A DNA stretch of 64,000 nucleotides from assembly GCA_951406725.2 (NCBI GenBank), contig OX597815.1, positions 45,508,001 to 45,572,000 on the forward strand. The letters are read 5' to 3'. A model generated the notes under the pieces. It saw only the letters and a program-made list of their open reading frames with translations. It was not told the origin of the DNA and made no database searches. This DNA is from Octopus vulgaris. Lineage: Eukaryota. Below, one piece after another: positions 25,783 to 37,622 of the stretch. Both the position numbers and the translations under genes were made by a program. The stretch's first letter is position 1, and every line of letters starts with the position of its first letter.

Positions 25783-26689
25783 TATAATATTAAAAAAAAA
25801 CCCCAAAAACTGGGACACACACACACACATTAACACATTACATATATATTTCTACAAAGTGAAACTTAAAATTTTGAAACAATTATAATATGCCAGTATG
25901 TATATATGCATGCTCACCAATTTATTTTTTTTACAATAAATTCTAATATAATTATAATCTACACAAGCTATTTATAGACAAGTTCATTAAAAACACTCAT
26001 ATTTCTGAAAGTTATGAGCAACTCATGTGAATCATCCGAAACTCCTCTTTCTACACTCACTCTGAAAAGGTTTTTCACAGCTAATTATGTTTTTCTTAAA
26101 GTTATGAGGAAACAAAGTCAACACATGTGAATTATCCAAAACTACTCTTCTCTATTCCAATTTTTTATTTTTTCACATCAAATTCTAATATAATCATAAT
26201 CTACATCATGTGAAACGTATTTGTAGAAAATTCTATTAAAAGATATCCATTTTCCCGAAAGTTATGAGGAAACAGTTATACTGAGACAACCATGCAGGTG
26301 CACAGGAGCATTTACAAATCGCAACTAAATTTTGCTACTATCAATTCAGAAATTGCATTAATTCAAAGAAGTACTAAAAAACAAACGTCTTAATTAGAAC
26401 ACAACAGATTATCTCAATGTAATGCAGCTGGATTATTAACCAAAAAAAACCCCCAAAAAGTCAATCCTTCAGTGTTGGTATACAGAGTGTCAGTATAATG
26501 GACAATGTCACTCCCCATCTTTCTCAGTCTAGTTCTTCATCTATAGTCATGAGTGAAGGTTATGTGGGTGACTGATGTTTAGCAATACCAAAGAGGTGGA
26601 AAAAAAAAAAAAAAAGGCGTGGCTGTTCAGGGTGTGGTTAAGAGGCTTGCTTCCCAGTCATGTGGTCTTGGCAAAGTCGTTAGTCTGCT

Positions 26690-27075
26690 GGACACATTTC
26701 GTCCATCTCTACGTTCAAATTCTGCCGAGGTTTACTTTGCCTTTCATCCTTTCGAGGTTGATAAAATAAGTACTAGTTAAGCACTAAAGTTGATGTAATC
26801 AACTCACCCCTCCCCCGAAATTGCTGGTCTTGTGCTAAAATTTGAAACCATTGTTAAAGCGGCCAGCTGCCTGAATCATCAGCATGCCGGACAAAAAGCT
26901 TTGTGGTATTTCTTTTGGCTTTAGTTTCTGAGTTCAAATTCCATCCAAATCAACTGTGCCTTTTATACTTCCAGGGATCGATGAAATAAGTACCAGTTGA
27001 GCACTGGTCGATGTAATTGACTTGCACCCTCCCTTCAAATTTCAAGTCTTGAGCCTAAGTAGAAAGAATTATTAT
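26690..27075 (+). mobile_element. Two tandem family B SINEs
   Basis: gcctttcatcctttcgaggttgataaaataagtactag, and a second copy from ~26857. Confidence 0.7.
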
Positions 27076-27429
27076 TGCTGTTACTGCTGGCCAGCTGGAT
27101 CACTGCTAACCTGGGGTTAAACAACAATAACAACAAACGACAGAGTTACCTCATGGGGAATGAATCCTCTATGCAATCACCTTGATCAGTTAGAAATCAT
27201 GAATCTCTACCTGGAAATTATCTCTGGTAGACACACATACACACCCTCAGCATGAAATTCAAACTTAAATAAATCACAGTATTGTATCTGCTGTTTTTGA
27301 TTAGCTCCAGACCAGCCATGATCCAGCAGATGTCTGCAAGCAAAGATTATTTCAGTAATGACTTAGTTGGCTACTATTTCTAACAGATAGAGTAACAATG
27401 TAGGAAGGGTATTCCTCGATATCTGTGGG

Positions 27430-28600
27430 CAGAGCCTATCAAACAATCTAAATTTTGAATGAGCATTATAGGGACACCAACTTTAAGATTCAGAATGTGT
27501 GGGGTTAGTCTAGGGGGGCTCAAAGGAATTTAGTACCTTTATTGGATAGTTGATGACATCCTCGGGGTCAGGAGTTTTATCGATAGACATATATATAGCC
27601 ATCCCCAGGAATGAGTTTTAGTATTTGATCATTAATATGGTTAACAGTTTTATTCTTCGGGGCCAGAATAGCCCTTTGGCCAATCCAATCCATAATCTGT
27701 TAATTTGCTTGGAGATCTGGGAACACTGCATCCCTGAGATCAGAAGGCGTATTAACAACGGTACGAAGTGAATTAATGGCAATATTACCCTTTTCATCAC
27801 CTGGAGTTTTGCTTTTGCCAAGTGCAAGGAGGGTGTGAGAAAATTCTGCTGATACTATGTTACTTTGTATATGAGCACACATGTACTGCATCAGCTCTAG
27901 TCCCCTTGGGAATAACTGGCAGTGTTTGCCTGAAGTCTTCTGAAGGAAGAAGTGTTATGCCTACCATGGAAGCCGTAGAGTTTTTGATGTCTCTCAGAGA
28001 TCTATCTAGCGCCTTAAGAGCATCTCTGTGGGCCATTATGCTTTCATCCCAAACGATAAGCTGGCATCGTCTGAATACTTCTGCCTGATCGGAGCTGTTA
28101 CTGATGCTGCAAATTGGTGTCTCAGTCTTCACTAAGTCAAGCGGGAGCTTGAAAGTGGAATGAGCTGTCCTGTCGCGTGGCAACAAAGTAGCCACAATTC
28201 CAGATGATGCCACAACTAAGGCAATGCTTTCTGTTCGCCTAATCTCAACCAATATTAATTTTGTGACAAAAGTTTTGCCAGTGTCAAGGAAAAAAATCCC
28301 CCCCAGCTTTGTCCTGGACAGAATTAATAACGGAATTGTAAGCGAACTTCTGTTCTGGAAGGAGCTTTGGCTCACTCTCCACTATGCAAGCTTGTCAACA
28401 TTATAACATGTCTCACGCAGCAAATTCAAAGACAGTGTGTTTGCGCCATACACCGCCAACGCACTACCGCCCACATTGAAAACAGTATCTTCAATTTCAA
28501 GCAGCACCCTGTTGTAAATGAGGACACTGTACCCAACTTCCATTGATGGATTTAGCAACTGAGTCTGACGCAGGAAATCTTTAGACATGTAATCTTTGTA
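27430..28600 (-). pseudogene. Helitron PIF1 helicase pseudogene fragment
   Basis: GKTF, VASSGIVATLLP..RTAHSTFKLP, LIVWDE, DFRQTLPVIPKGTRAD motifs with frameshifts. Confidence 0.92.
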
Positions 28601-28609
28601 GGTAAGTCA

Positions 28610-30695
28610 TATTTAATTATTCTTATTATTATAATTATATATGAACTAAAATCTAAAAATATCATTTGTGGTTGTTTTGTGAAATAGTTTATAACAAAAT
28701 ATTATAGTAGTGAAAAGTTTTTTTCTTTTTTTCTTTATATACTATTGAATTTAATAATAATAAGTACTCTATTTTATCAATGAGTGAAATATTAGTTCTA
28801 GACATAAATTAATTTACTTATATAATAAATTTAAATTATTTGTGAATATATTGTTGAAATATATACAAAATACTATTGCAGGGTTGTGGCTGCAACGTTA
28901 TTGATATAAGTTATATTATAAGTCTACACATGTTTTGTACAGAATTTAGTACATAGTATCGGATCAAATTAGATGTTTATTTAATTAATAAATTAATATA
29001 TAATTTATTTAATTAATAAATATAGATTAAATTATAGTAATTTAGTTTAACTTAAATATAATTTATTTTAAGTATTTTTACTTTAATTAATTGAACTCTT
29101 ATATTTTTCCAGTAAAGATATACTATAGTTTGTTAAAATTATTCTCAAATTATTTTCAGATAAAATACATATTTCTATCTATTTATTCTATTTTTTTAAT
29201 CTTAAGTTTTTAACATGATAAATGTATTATAGACACCTGGTCCTACTTTTTAAGTTTCAAATTTAGTTAATGGAGTTTCTTCTATAAGAAGAATCATGTT
29301 TTTATTTCTTTAAGAAATATTGTTTAATTCTATTTGATTATTTATTAAAAATATGTATTTATTTAACTATTATTGTTATTATTGTTGACCTGAAGAGTGA
29401 CTATACTTTTAAATTGAATTGTTTTTGGATTAAATTTAAATTCAATTGTAATTCGAATTGAAGTTATAGCCACGAAATGTACTTAGTCTTATTATATACT
29501 GTTTATTTATTATTATGTACTTTTATGATCTAGATATGTTTTATAATATATTTTATTTTTTCTATATGATATGGCTTATATCTATCATTGTTTGAATTAC
29601 ATAATAGTGGTTTTTCTCTAATTTATATTTTATATATTTATATTGTGAAATTTGATTTAATACTAAATTGAATTTTCCCCTGTAAGTTTGGATTTATACT
29701 CCCTAATATTATTATAATTATTATATTGATAGCTAACGTTTATTGACCATTTAAATCTCATTTTCGTTTGTTATGGAACTTACAAGTAAGATAGAACTGC
29801 TATTTTGGAATTCATCTTTGAAGGATACCATCTAGGAAAGAATATATTTTGAAACTTATTAATAATATAAAAGATTTTGTTTCTAGGATTAAATGGAAAG
29901 CCTACTATAATAATTTTAACATATCTAATATTAACAAAGTAGAGAATACTAATGATATCAATTCTAAATTTAAATCTAGAAATGAACTCCCGTATAATAG
30001 AGAAATACAGGTCTTAGAAGATAATATTTGGAAGGTCGTGAAAAATATTAAATTTCATAAATACCCAAATAGACATAATGAATATTTAAGAAATTTAGCT
30101 ATTCAAATAAAAGAAATGAGAAATATGGAAGGTATTATTGTACAATCAGATAAAACTAGGAACCTATATAAACTAGATGTTAAATTATATGATAACCTAT
30201 TAGAGAAATAAATAAATTAAAAAATATAAAATTGTTCCAGATAATACATTTTATACTATAAATAAGGCTTCTAAATTAGTAATGATGAAATATAAGTTAG
30301 ATAATAAAACAAAACCTTATGTACCTATGCACCCTAGAATTACCTTGAAGGACCATAAGGATAATTTTTGTTCAGACCCTAAAGTTAGATTAATTTGTCC
30401 TTGTAAATCAGACCTAGGTAAATTAAGTAAAATAATATTGAATAAATATATTAATAAATTAAATAAGCTTAACTACCTAAAGCTATGGACTAGTAATAAT
30501 AATACTCTAAAATGGTTTTATGATACTAAAGACAAAAATAGATATAAATTTATTCAAACAGATATAGATAATTATTATTCTTCTATTAATGAAATCATGT
30601 TCAATAAAGCCCTAATTTATGCAGTGAATAAGGTAGGAATGACTTATGATGAAGTTAATGTAATTAAAATGGCTAGAAAATCATTTATTAGTTAA
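28610..30695 (+). mobile_element. Penelope-like element fragment (pseudo-LTR plus N-terminal RT)
   Basis: Very AT-rich. ORFs 29849..30211 (SRIKWKAY, QSDKTRNLY) and 30282..30695 (ITLKDHKDNF..PKVRLICPCKSDLGKLSK, DIDNYY). Hammerhead-like motif upstream. Confidence 0.8.
29387..29488 (+). ncRNA. Putative minimal type I hammerhead ribozyme in PLE pseudo-LTR
   Basis: gac-CTGAAGA-gtgactata...tatagccac-GAAA-tgtac-TTA-gtc; stem I gac/gtc and a long stem II. Confidence 0.6.
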
Positions 30696-32592
30696 ACCCA
30701 AAGGCTTTCTTTCATTACGTGAAAGAAACAGCCTCAGTACGCTGCAAGATAGGACCCTTCTTCCAAAAGGATGGCTCCCTCACAGACAATCCAACTAGGA
30801 TCAGTGAGGTACTGAATGACCAGTTCAAAAGTGTCTTTACCACTCCGTTGGAACACAGACAAGTGAATGAACCAGTGGACTTCTTTGCCGCCTCACCTAT
30901 AACCAGTGAGGCAGTTACGATGGAATACATTGACATTAGTGAAGAAGATATTCTACTAGCCAAAGATGAAGTGGACACAAACTCAACTGCCGGTCCTGAT
31001 GCAATCCTCCTCAAATTGTGTAAGCATGCCCTGGCAAAACCCCTCCAGATAATCTTCCAGAGCTTTCTTGCAAATGGCAGACTGCCAAGCAAGCTGAAGG
31101 AGGGAATAATATGCCCAATCCATAAAGGGGGAAGCAGAGCAGATGCCAAAAACTATAGGCCTATCTCTCTGACTTCACACATCAGCAAATTCAGTTTCCC
31201 TCTGAACAGAAAGTCAGAGGGAAACTAATTGCATTCCTTTAAGAAAATAACTTGCTGAGTGATACCCAGCATGGCTTTTGACCAGGTAGGAGCTGCCTGA
31301 CCTAGCTGACATTATGACTAGGTGGGTGTTGAGGCAGTTACTCAACAACTCAAATGTGGACGTAATATACCTTGATTTTGCAAAAGCTTTTGATAAAGTG
31401 GATCATGATTTGATATGCTACAAACTGCGTGATCTCTGCATAACTGGAAAACTTGGAGAGTGGTTACATGACTTTCTGAAAGATAGGAGTCAGGCAGTAA
31501 TGGAGCCACCGCTATGAAAACACAAATAGTGAGCGGTGTTCCACAGGGCACTGTCTTGGGACTATTGCTTTTTATAGTGGCCCAGATATGTCAGGATAAC
31601 CACCCTTGCAAGTTATGCAGACGATACGAAAGTCTCACAGAAAATACAGAACCCCATCGATGTTGCACATCTGCAGCAGGAGTTGAACTCAATTTACAGA
31701 TGGACTGAGGATAATAATACGCAGTTTAATGCTGAAAAATTCCAAGCCCTGCATTACCAGCATCCAAAACTGAATATGAAACTTACAGGGTACACTGGTC
31801 CACAGGGAATTTCACTCCCAGAGCCTAAATCAGTGAGGGACCTGGGTATCAACATGAGTGATGTTACATCTTTCCAAGTGCACATTACCGGGATGGTGAC
31901 AAAGTGCAGATGACTGGATGGATCCTGAGAACATTCAGAACCAGAAATAAGGAAACCATGATGGTTCTCTGGAGGACATTCGTCCTCAGCCACCTGAATT
32001 ACTGCTCACAGCTATGGTCACCCACCAGTGTGAAATTAACAGCAGACCTTAAAGCAATCCAGAGAAGATTCACTAAGAAGATCGTCTCTTTGCAACTGCT
32101 CAGCTACCAGGAAAGGCTGAAACAGTTAAGACTCTACTCCATGGAGAGAAGGCAGAAGAGGTATGCAGTAATATATATCTGGAAGATCCTGGAAAGAATT
32201 GTGCCAAATTTTGGCATTGGAAGCAACACCAATGCCAGAATGGGATGACACTGCATAGTGCTAAAGATCCCAGCAATACCATTGTGCTTCAGGACTAGTT
32301 ACTGCAACAGCCTGGATTTCAGGGGCCCACAGCTTTTTAATATTCTCCCAAAGAGCCTGAGGAACTTGCACAAAGTAGATGTAGGCGTTTTTAAATCAAA
32401 GCTCGACCTCTTCCTGTTGAGAGTCCCAGATGAACCTACCTCATAGCAAGAGGTGCAAATGAGGGTAGCTGCATCAAACTCCATTCTTCACCAAGTGCCA
32501 CATATTGGAGGAGGTCCTCAGTAATAACAGTGTAGCAAAATGGCAGTGCATCAGCATAGCTGCAGCTCTGAGCTGAAACTACAGAAAAAAAA
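30696..32592 (+). mobile_element. 5'-truncated CR1/L2-group LINE, RT pseudogene
   Basis: NPKAFFHY, NYRPISLTSHISK, VIYLDFAKAFDKVDH, SGVPQGTVLG, YADDTK, DLGI and YCSQLWSP motifs with stops and frameshifts; A-rich end. Confidence 0.93.
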
Positions 32593-32602
32593 TTATTTAT
32601 AT

Positions 32603-32965
32603 AGGCACAGGAGTGACTGTGTGGTAAGTGGCTTGCTTACCAACCACATGTTTCTGGGTTCAGTCCCACTGCGTGGCACCTTGGGCAAGTGTCTCCTGCT
32701 ATAGCCTCGGGCCGATCAAAGCCTTGAGTGGATTTGGTAGACAGAAACTGAAAGAAGCCCGTCGTATATATGTATGTGTATATGTTTCTGTGTTTGTCCC
32801 TACAACATCGCTTGACAACCGATGGTGGTGTGTTTATGTCCCCGCAACTTAGTGGTTCGGCAAAAACGACCGATAGGCTCCCAAAGAATAAGTCTTGGAG
32901 TCAATTTGCTCGACTAAAGGCGGTGTTCCAGCATGGGCGCAGTCAAATGACTGAAACAAGTAAAG
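32603..32965 (+). mobile_element. SINE family A
   Basis: Full copy directly after the LINE tail. Confidence 0.9.
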
Positions 32966-32973
32966 AGTGTATG

Positions 32974-33007
<34 letters not shown>

Positions 33008-33036
33008 TAGATAGATAGATATATATATATATATAT

Positions 33037-33680
33037 GGGCGAATGTAAAGGACATGGAGTGCACACCCCCGCTTCGGGTTTTTTTGTTTTGTTACAGCAA
33101 CCCACTTTTTCGACTGCGAAGATTCTAAATATGCAAAAAAGACAAAAAAAAAAAAAATCGGCGCACGCACACACACACACAAACACAATAAAATGACATT
33201 CTTTAAATTTTTTTTTCTTTTTTGGTAATTCGTATTTAGAAAGTGGATCTTCGGTTGACCTGTTGTTTCTAGCTTGTCGGACTTTCTGTTTGGAGCGTAC
33301 ATAAAAATTGAAAATTTTGAAGACCTCCTCCCCACTAAAACACGTTTTCAAAAGTTCAATTTTCCCCCTCGCCACCCGTCTGGCAAAGAAAAAAAGGGGT
33401 GGGGGGAAATAAAAATTTTGAAAACGTAATTCGTCTGCTATTTTAGTTGTAGCGGGATGGATGTTTATTTTTTGCTTCTGAAATTATAATCTCCGTATTT
33501 TTCTTCGTATTTCGCACCAAAAACAATTTCAGAGAAAAAAAAAAAAGGTGAAAAACTGAGGGAGGAGAGAATTAAAATTTTGAAATGTCGATTTATTTTG
33601 TTGCAGATTTGGGATCTCCGCAGTCGAAAAGGTGGGTTTCTGCAGAAAAAAAAAAAATAACCGAAAGGGGGTGCGGTCTA
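33037..33680. mobile_element. Possible MITE in (TA)n context
   Basis: Imperfect inverted subtermini gcacacccccgcttcgg / ccgaaagggggtgcgg between two (TA)n runs. Confidence 0.35.
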
Positions 33681-34457
33681 TATATATATATATTTATCTA
33701 TCTATATATATATATAATCGACCGGCATGGAGTAGGAAAATAAAATACAAGTCCAACGTAACAGGTTCGGTAGAATTGTAAGAACGGCTGGCGAGATGCG
33801 TTGCATTATTTTTTATCCAAATTCCTCGCATTAATCGCAGACCAGCCCTAAATGTGCTAAGGCGTCCTAGCACCCAAAATGCAGCGGTGTTTTGCAATAA
33901 GCTGTCCCTCGTAAATGGTTATGGAATTGGATTAGAATTCCATAACATACACTGAACAATTATTGAAAAAGTATTTTAAAGAATTGAAATATTTGAAAAA
34001 AGAAATCGTAACTTCCTTCCACAAACTCCACCGAAAGTGCTTCAGAAGGCACCTGGGTTAGAAGGATGTCATCCTTGCGCTATTCGATTACACCTGTCTC
34101 ACTTTGAGGGGTTGATTCACCTAAAGGGTTTTTTTCCGACAGCCAAAATATTAAAAAAATCATTGGGAAAACATGAAATTCACCTTTAAAATGAGCTTGG
34201 TGTCATTGTTATATAATAATAAAACTTTGCAAAAAATAAAGTGAGTTTCTACTTTTCCTTCCTTATGTGTGTGTGTGTGTGCGTATAGGGGAGAATTCAC
34301 AAAAAAAAAAAGACGAAGACAGGTATAACGCTCGGGAAGTGAAAAAGTCTTTAACGTTTCGAGCCTACGCTCTTCCACAGAAAGAAACAAGAAGAGAAAA
34401 TAGAGAAAAAAAAGAGAGAAAATAAAGAAACAAGGAGAGAAAATAAAGAAGGAAACA

Positions 34458-34494
<37 letters not shown>

Positions 34495-34757
34495 GTATAT
34501 ATTATATGTAAATGGCCGGCATGTAATTACAAAATAGACTTTGCGGTCTTGTTGATTCGGTCGCCAAAATATATACACACAAACATACACAATGTGTGTG
34601 TGTGTATGTGCGTACGCGTGAGTGTGTGTATAAACACAGATAGACGGAGAAAGTTCTGGATGCTAGCGAGAAGAAAACAATGTAAACAAGAAGCTGTTTA
34701 AGAAACAATTAAATGTAACAGAGAAACAAAATATTATTACTAGTTTGTTTTACTTAC

Positions 34758-34850
34758 CCATAATCCAACGAATAAAACGATTGCAAAATAAACTGCAACA
34801 ATAACAATATCGGTAATACTCAGTAATGTGTTTGCGAACACTTCTGCCAT
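34758..34850 (-). CDS. SLC5A: SLC5A sodium:solute symporter (SGLT/SMIT-like), coding exon 1
   Basis: Reads MAEVFANTLLSITDIVIVAVYFAIVLFVGLW, then donor GTAAGT. Matches the SGLT first transmembrane helix pattern (DIxVIVxYFxxVxxVGLW). 93 nt, phase 0. Confidence 0.9.
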
Positions 34851-35731
34851 GTCGCAGCATTAAACGAAGGTGGAAAAATGAATGAAATTTCGCGCGATCT
34901 GCTTAAATATTCACTTGCACAGAAAGAATTGCACCAGAATAAGTGATTGAAAGCAAAGTATATTGACTCACTCGTTTCGTACAAAATGTTAAAAAGTTAT
35001 GACGAAGTAAATTAGAAATAAATTAACATGACAAAATTCCCACTCACTCCACAGAGCTGCATATGGTGCAGCTTTTATTTATTTTTTTAAAATTTTATTT
35101 TTTTGTGTTCGTTCGTTTTTCAAATGGTGAATATTAGTTTAGTTTTTCTGTTTCTTTCTCTTTCCCCCTTCCCGTCTTTTTCTGTTTCTTTCTCCTTACT
35201 CTAAACGATATGTCAACAACGAAGAGGCAATCAATATTCGTTTTTTATATTAATTCTTTAAGTTACATGAGTAATTTTCTGGAACAATCCTCCATGTTAT
35301 TATTTTCCTTAACTTCCAAATCAATATATACCTCAAAGAGTAGAAATATAGTTAAAAATATTTGCACATTCAAAATATACCGTCTTCTTAAAAGAAGCCT
35401 AGGACTACTTCTTGTAATGCGCTCTTCTTTCGCTTTGTAATAATAATAAGAATGTGACTGCTATTTCTAGCGGAGCAAGCGACCACGCACAGACTCCTCG
35501 TGGGCGCATTCTCGAGGTAAATTTCCATATTAACCGTTTCATTGTAGAAGTGGACTCCTTCATGATCTATGTAATGCTTTCAATCATCGTGGAATTTTCC
35601 ACACATTTTAATATTAATTATACATTAGTATTTATTTTCTTAAACTTTATAACTGTATTTTCTTACTTTGATAAGCTTTACTGATTTCCACAATAGCTTA
35701 TTTTTTCCTCTTATGCCATTTCATATTTCTT

Positions 35732-36108
35732 TCTTTTACTTGTTTCAGTCATTTGACAGCGGCCATGCTGGAGCACCGCCTTTAATCGAGCAACTCAACC
35801 CCGGGACTTATTCTTTTGTAAGCCCAGTACTTGTTCTATCGGTCTCTTTTGCCGAACCGGTAAGTGACGGAGACATAAACACACCAGCATCGGTTGTCAA
35901 GCAATGCTAGGGGGACAAACACAGACACACAAACACACACGCATACATATATATACATATATACGACGGGCTTCTTTCAGTTTCCGTCTACCAAATACAC
36001 TCACTAGGCTTTGGTCGGCCCGAGGCTATAGTAGAAGACACTTGCCCAAGGTGCCACGCATTGGGTCTGAACCCGGAACCATGTGGTTGGTAAACAAGCT
36101 ACTTACCC
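35732..36108 (-). mobile_element. SINE family A upstream of the SLC5A start codon
   Basis: CpG-rich reverse copy followed by about 200 bp of (TA)n. Confidence 0.9.
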
Positions 36109-36115
36109 AATATAT

Positions 36116-36149
<34 letters not shown>

Positions 36150-36179
36150 AATATAATTTATATATATATATATATAAAT

Positions 36180-36277
<98 letters not shown>

Positions 36278-36322
36278 TATATTATATATATATATATATA
36301 TATATTTAAATTATATTATATA
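36109..36322. repeat. (TA)n microsatellite
   Basis: Long interrupted TA run. Confidence 0.95.
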
Positions 36323-36344
36323 TGTTCACACACACACACACGCG

Positions 36345-37622
36345 CATAAATTTCATAAATTTCATAAAAGGCCAATTGTCTGTCTGTGTATGTTGTGTCA
36401 ACCACTCCTACAATTTTCAACCGAATTTCACTAAATTTAACATGTGTGCGACTTAGGACGCTTTTTCTTATAATTTTTTCCATGAAATTCCGCGCTCTCA
36501 ACGAAAATACGTGACACACCCAGCGAAAATACGTGACACACCCAGCGAAAATACGTGACACACCCAGCTGGAAAAATACGTGACACACCCAGCTGGAAAA
36601 AATCAATACTTTACTTTGTCATCTGTGGCGAGCTCTTATCGACTGCTTGCACAGTACTGCCAGCGGTATTTATTTGCAAGTTACGATTTTCCTCAGTTTT
36701 CACGTGAGCGCTCTTTTTCACATAATTATTCCAACTTAAACTAGCCACTTCAAACTCTTACCCAAAATTTAAAAAATCTTTAATTCGGTCTTTTTGATTA
36801 ACATTTTTGCCAAATCGTTTTACTATTTTTTGGGTGCTACACATTCACCACTTTTTCCTTAGGACTTTTTCTATTGCACAAACTGATAATTTTCCACCAT
36901 GCCTCGACGCAAAAGATCATCCAATATAAGTCGGCAAACAAATACTGCTAAGAAAAGTAAACGTATGCATGCAAATAAATCTGCCGAGGACGCCGCCAGG
37001 AGGAACTCTCTCAATGCACTTAGGGTGGCTTCAACGCGAAGAAGGGAAAGTGAAGAGCAGCGTTGTGATAGGTTAGCACGTATTGCTGCGCAACGAGCAG
37101 CCCAGGGCAACGAGCAACGTTCAGTACACCGAACAAGAAATGCTTCCTTTAATGCTGCTGCACAAGTTTCAGAGACTGCAGCACAACGCGCAGATCGACT
37201 TACAAGAGATGCTTTCTCAACTGCTGTTGCACGAGCTGCAGAGACTGCAGCACAACGCGCAGTACGACTTACAACCCAGCGAAACAGCAAGTAAACATAG
37301 TATTTTTCTTTATGTCATATCTTTAGGATCAACCTTTCCATCTGCTAAACAGCACATGTCAGCAGCTATGTGGTAAGGAAAATAGACTCAATTACTGCCG
37401 TTTTTTTACAGATCAACCTACCGTCCCAATGGAAAACAATGACAATGGTGTAGGCATATGACTCTGCATGTTCACTATTGCGCTAAATAAATCAAACAAT
37501 GCAGTGAATATCTGCCATTATGATTTCTTTCATTCATTTCAGAGGTGCATCCGTGAATGGTCTAATATCCAAACAGGCATACTCAACAAACAGCCCCGAG
37601 CAACGCCGGGTACACCTGCTAG
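36345..37622 (+). mobile_element. Non-autonomous Helitron
   Basis: Helitron-like 5' region (tgtctgtctgt..ccgaatttcactaaattt), ~22-bp tandem repeat at 36502-36600, 3' hairpin cccgagcaacgccggg and CTAG|T. 5' boundary approximate. Confidence 0.8.
36899..37294 (+). CDS. Helitron RepHel N-terminal-like ORF with ET..QRA.RL repeats
   Basis: Open 131-aa ORF MPRRKRSSNISRQT...RESEEQRCDRL...SETAAQRADRL...AETAAQRAVRL resembles RepHel N-termini. Expression unknown. Confidence 0.5.
   Translation: MPRRKRSSNISRQTNTAKKSKRMHANKSAEDAARRNSLNALRVASTRRRESEEQRCDRLARIAAQRAAQGNEQRSVHRTRNASFNAAAQVSETAAQRADRLTRDAFSTAVARAAETAAQRAVRLTTQRNSK

Noticed and set aside
34899-34971. Possible small 5'-UTR intron (GTGAGT...AAGCAG) upstream of the SLC5A ATG
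   Set aside because: Splice motifs alone are not enough without transcript data.
36502-36600. Regular ~22-bp repeats as a CRISPR-like array
   Set aside because: Head-to-tail minisatellite without unique spacers, in a eukaryotic Helitron context.
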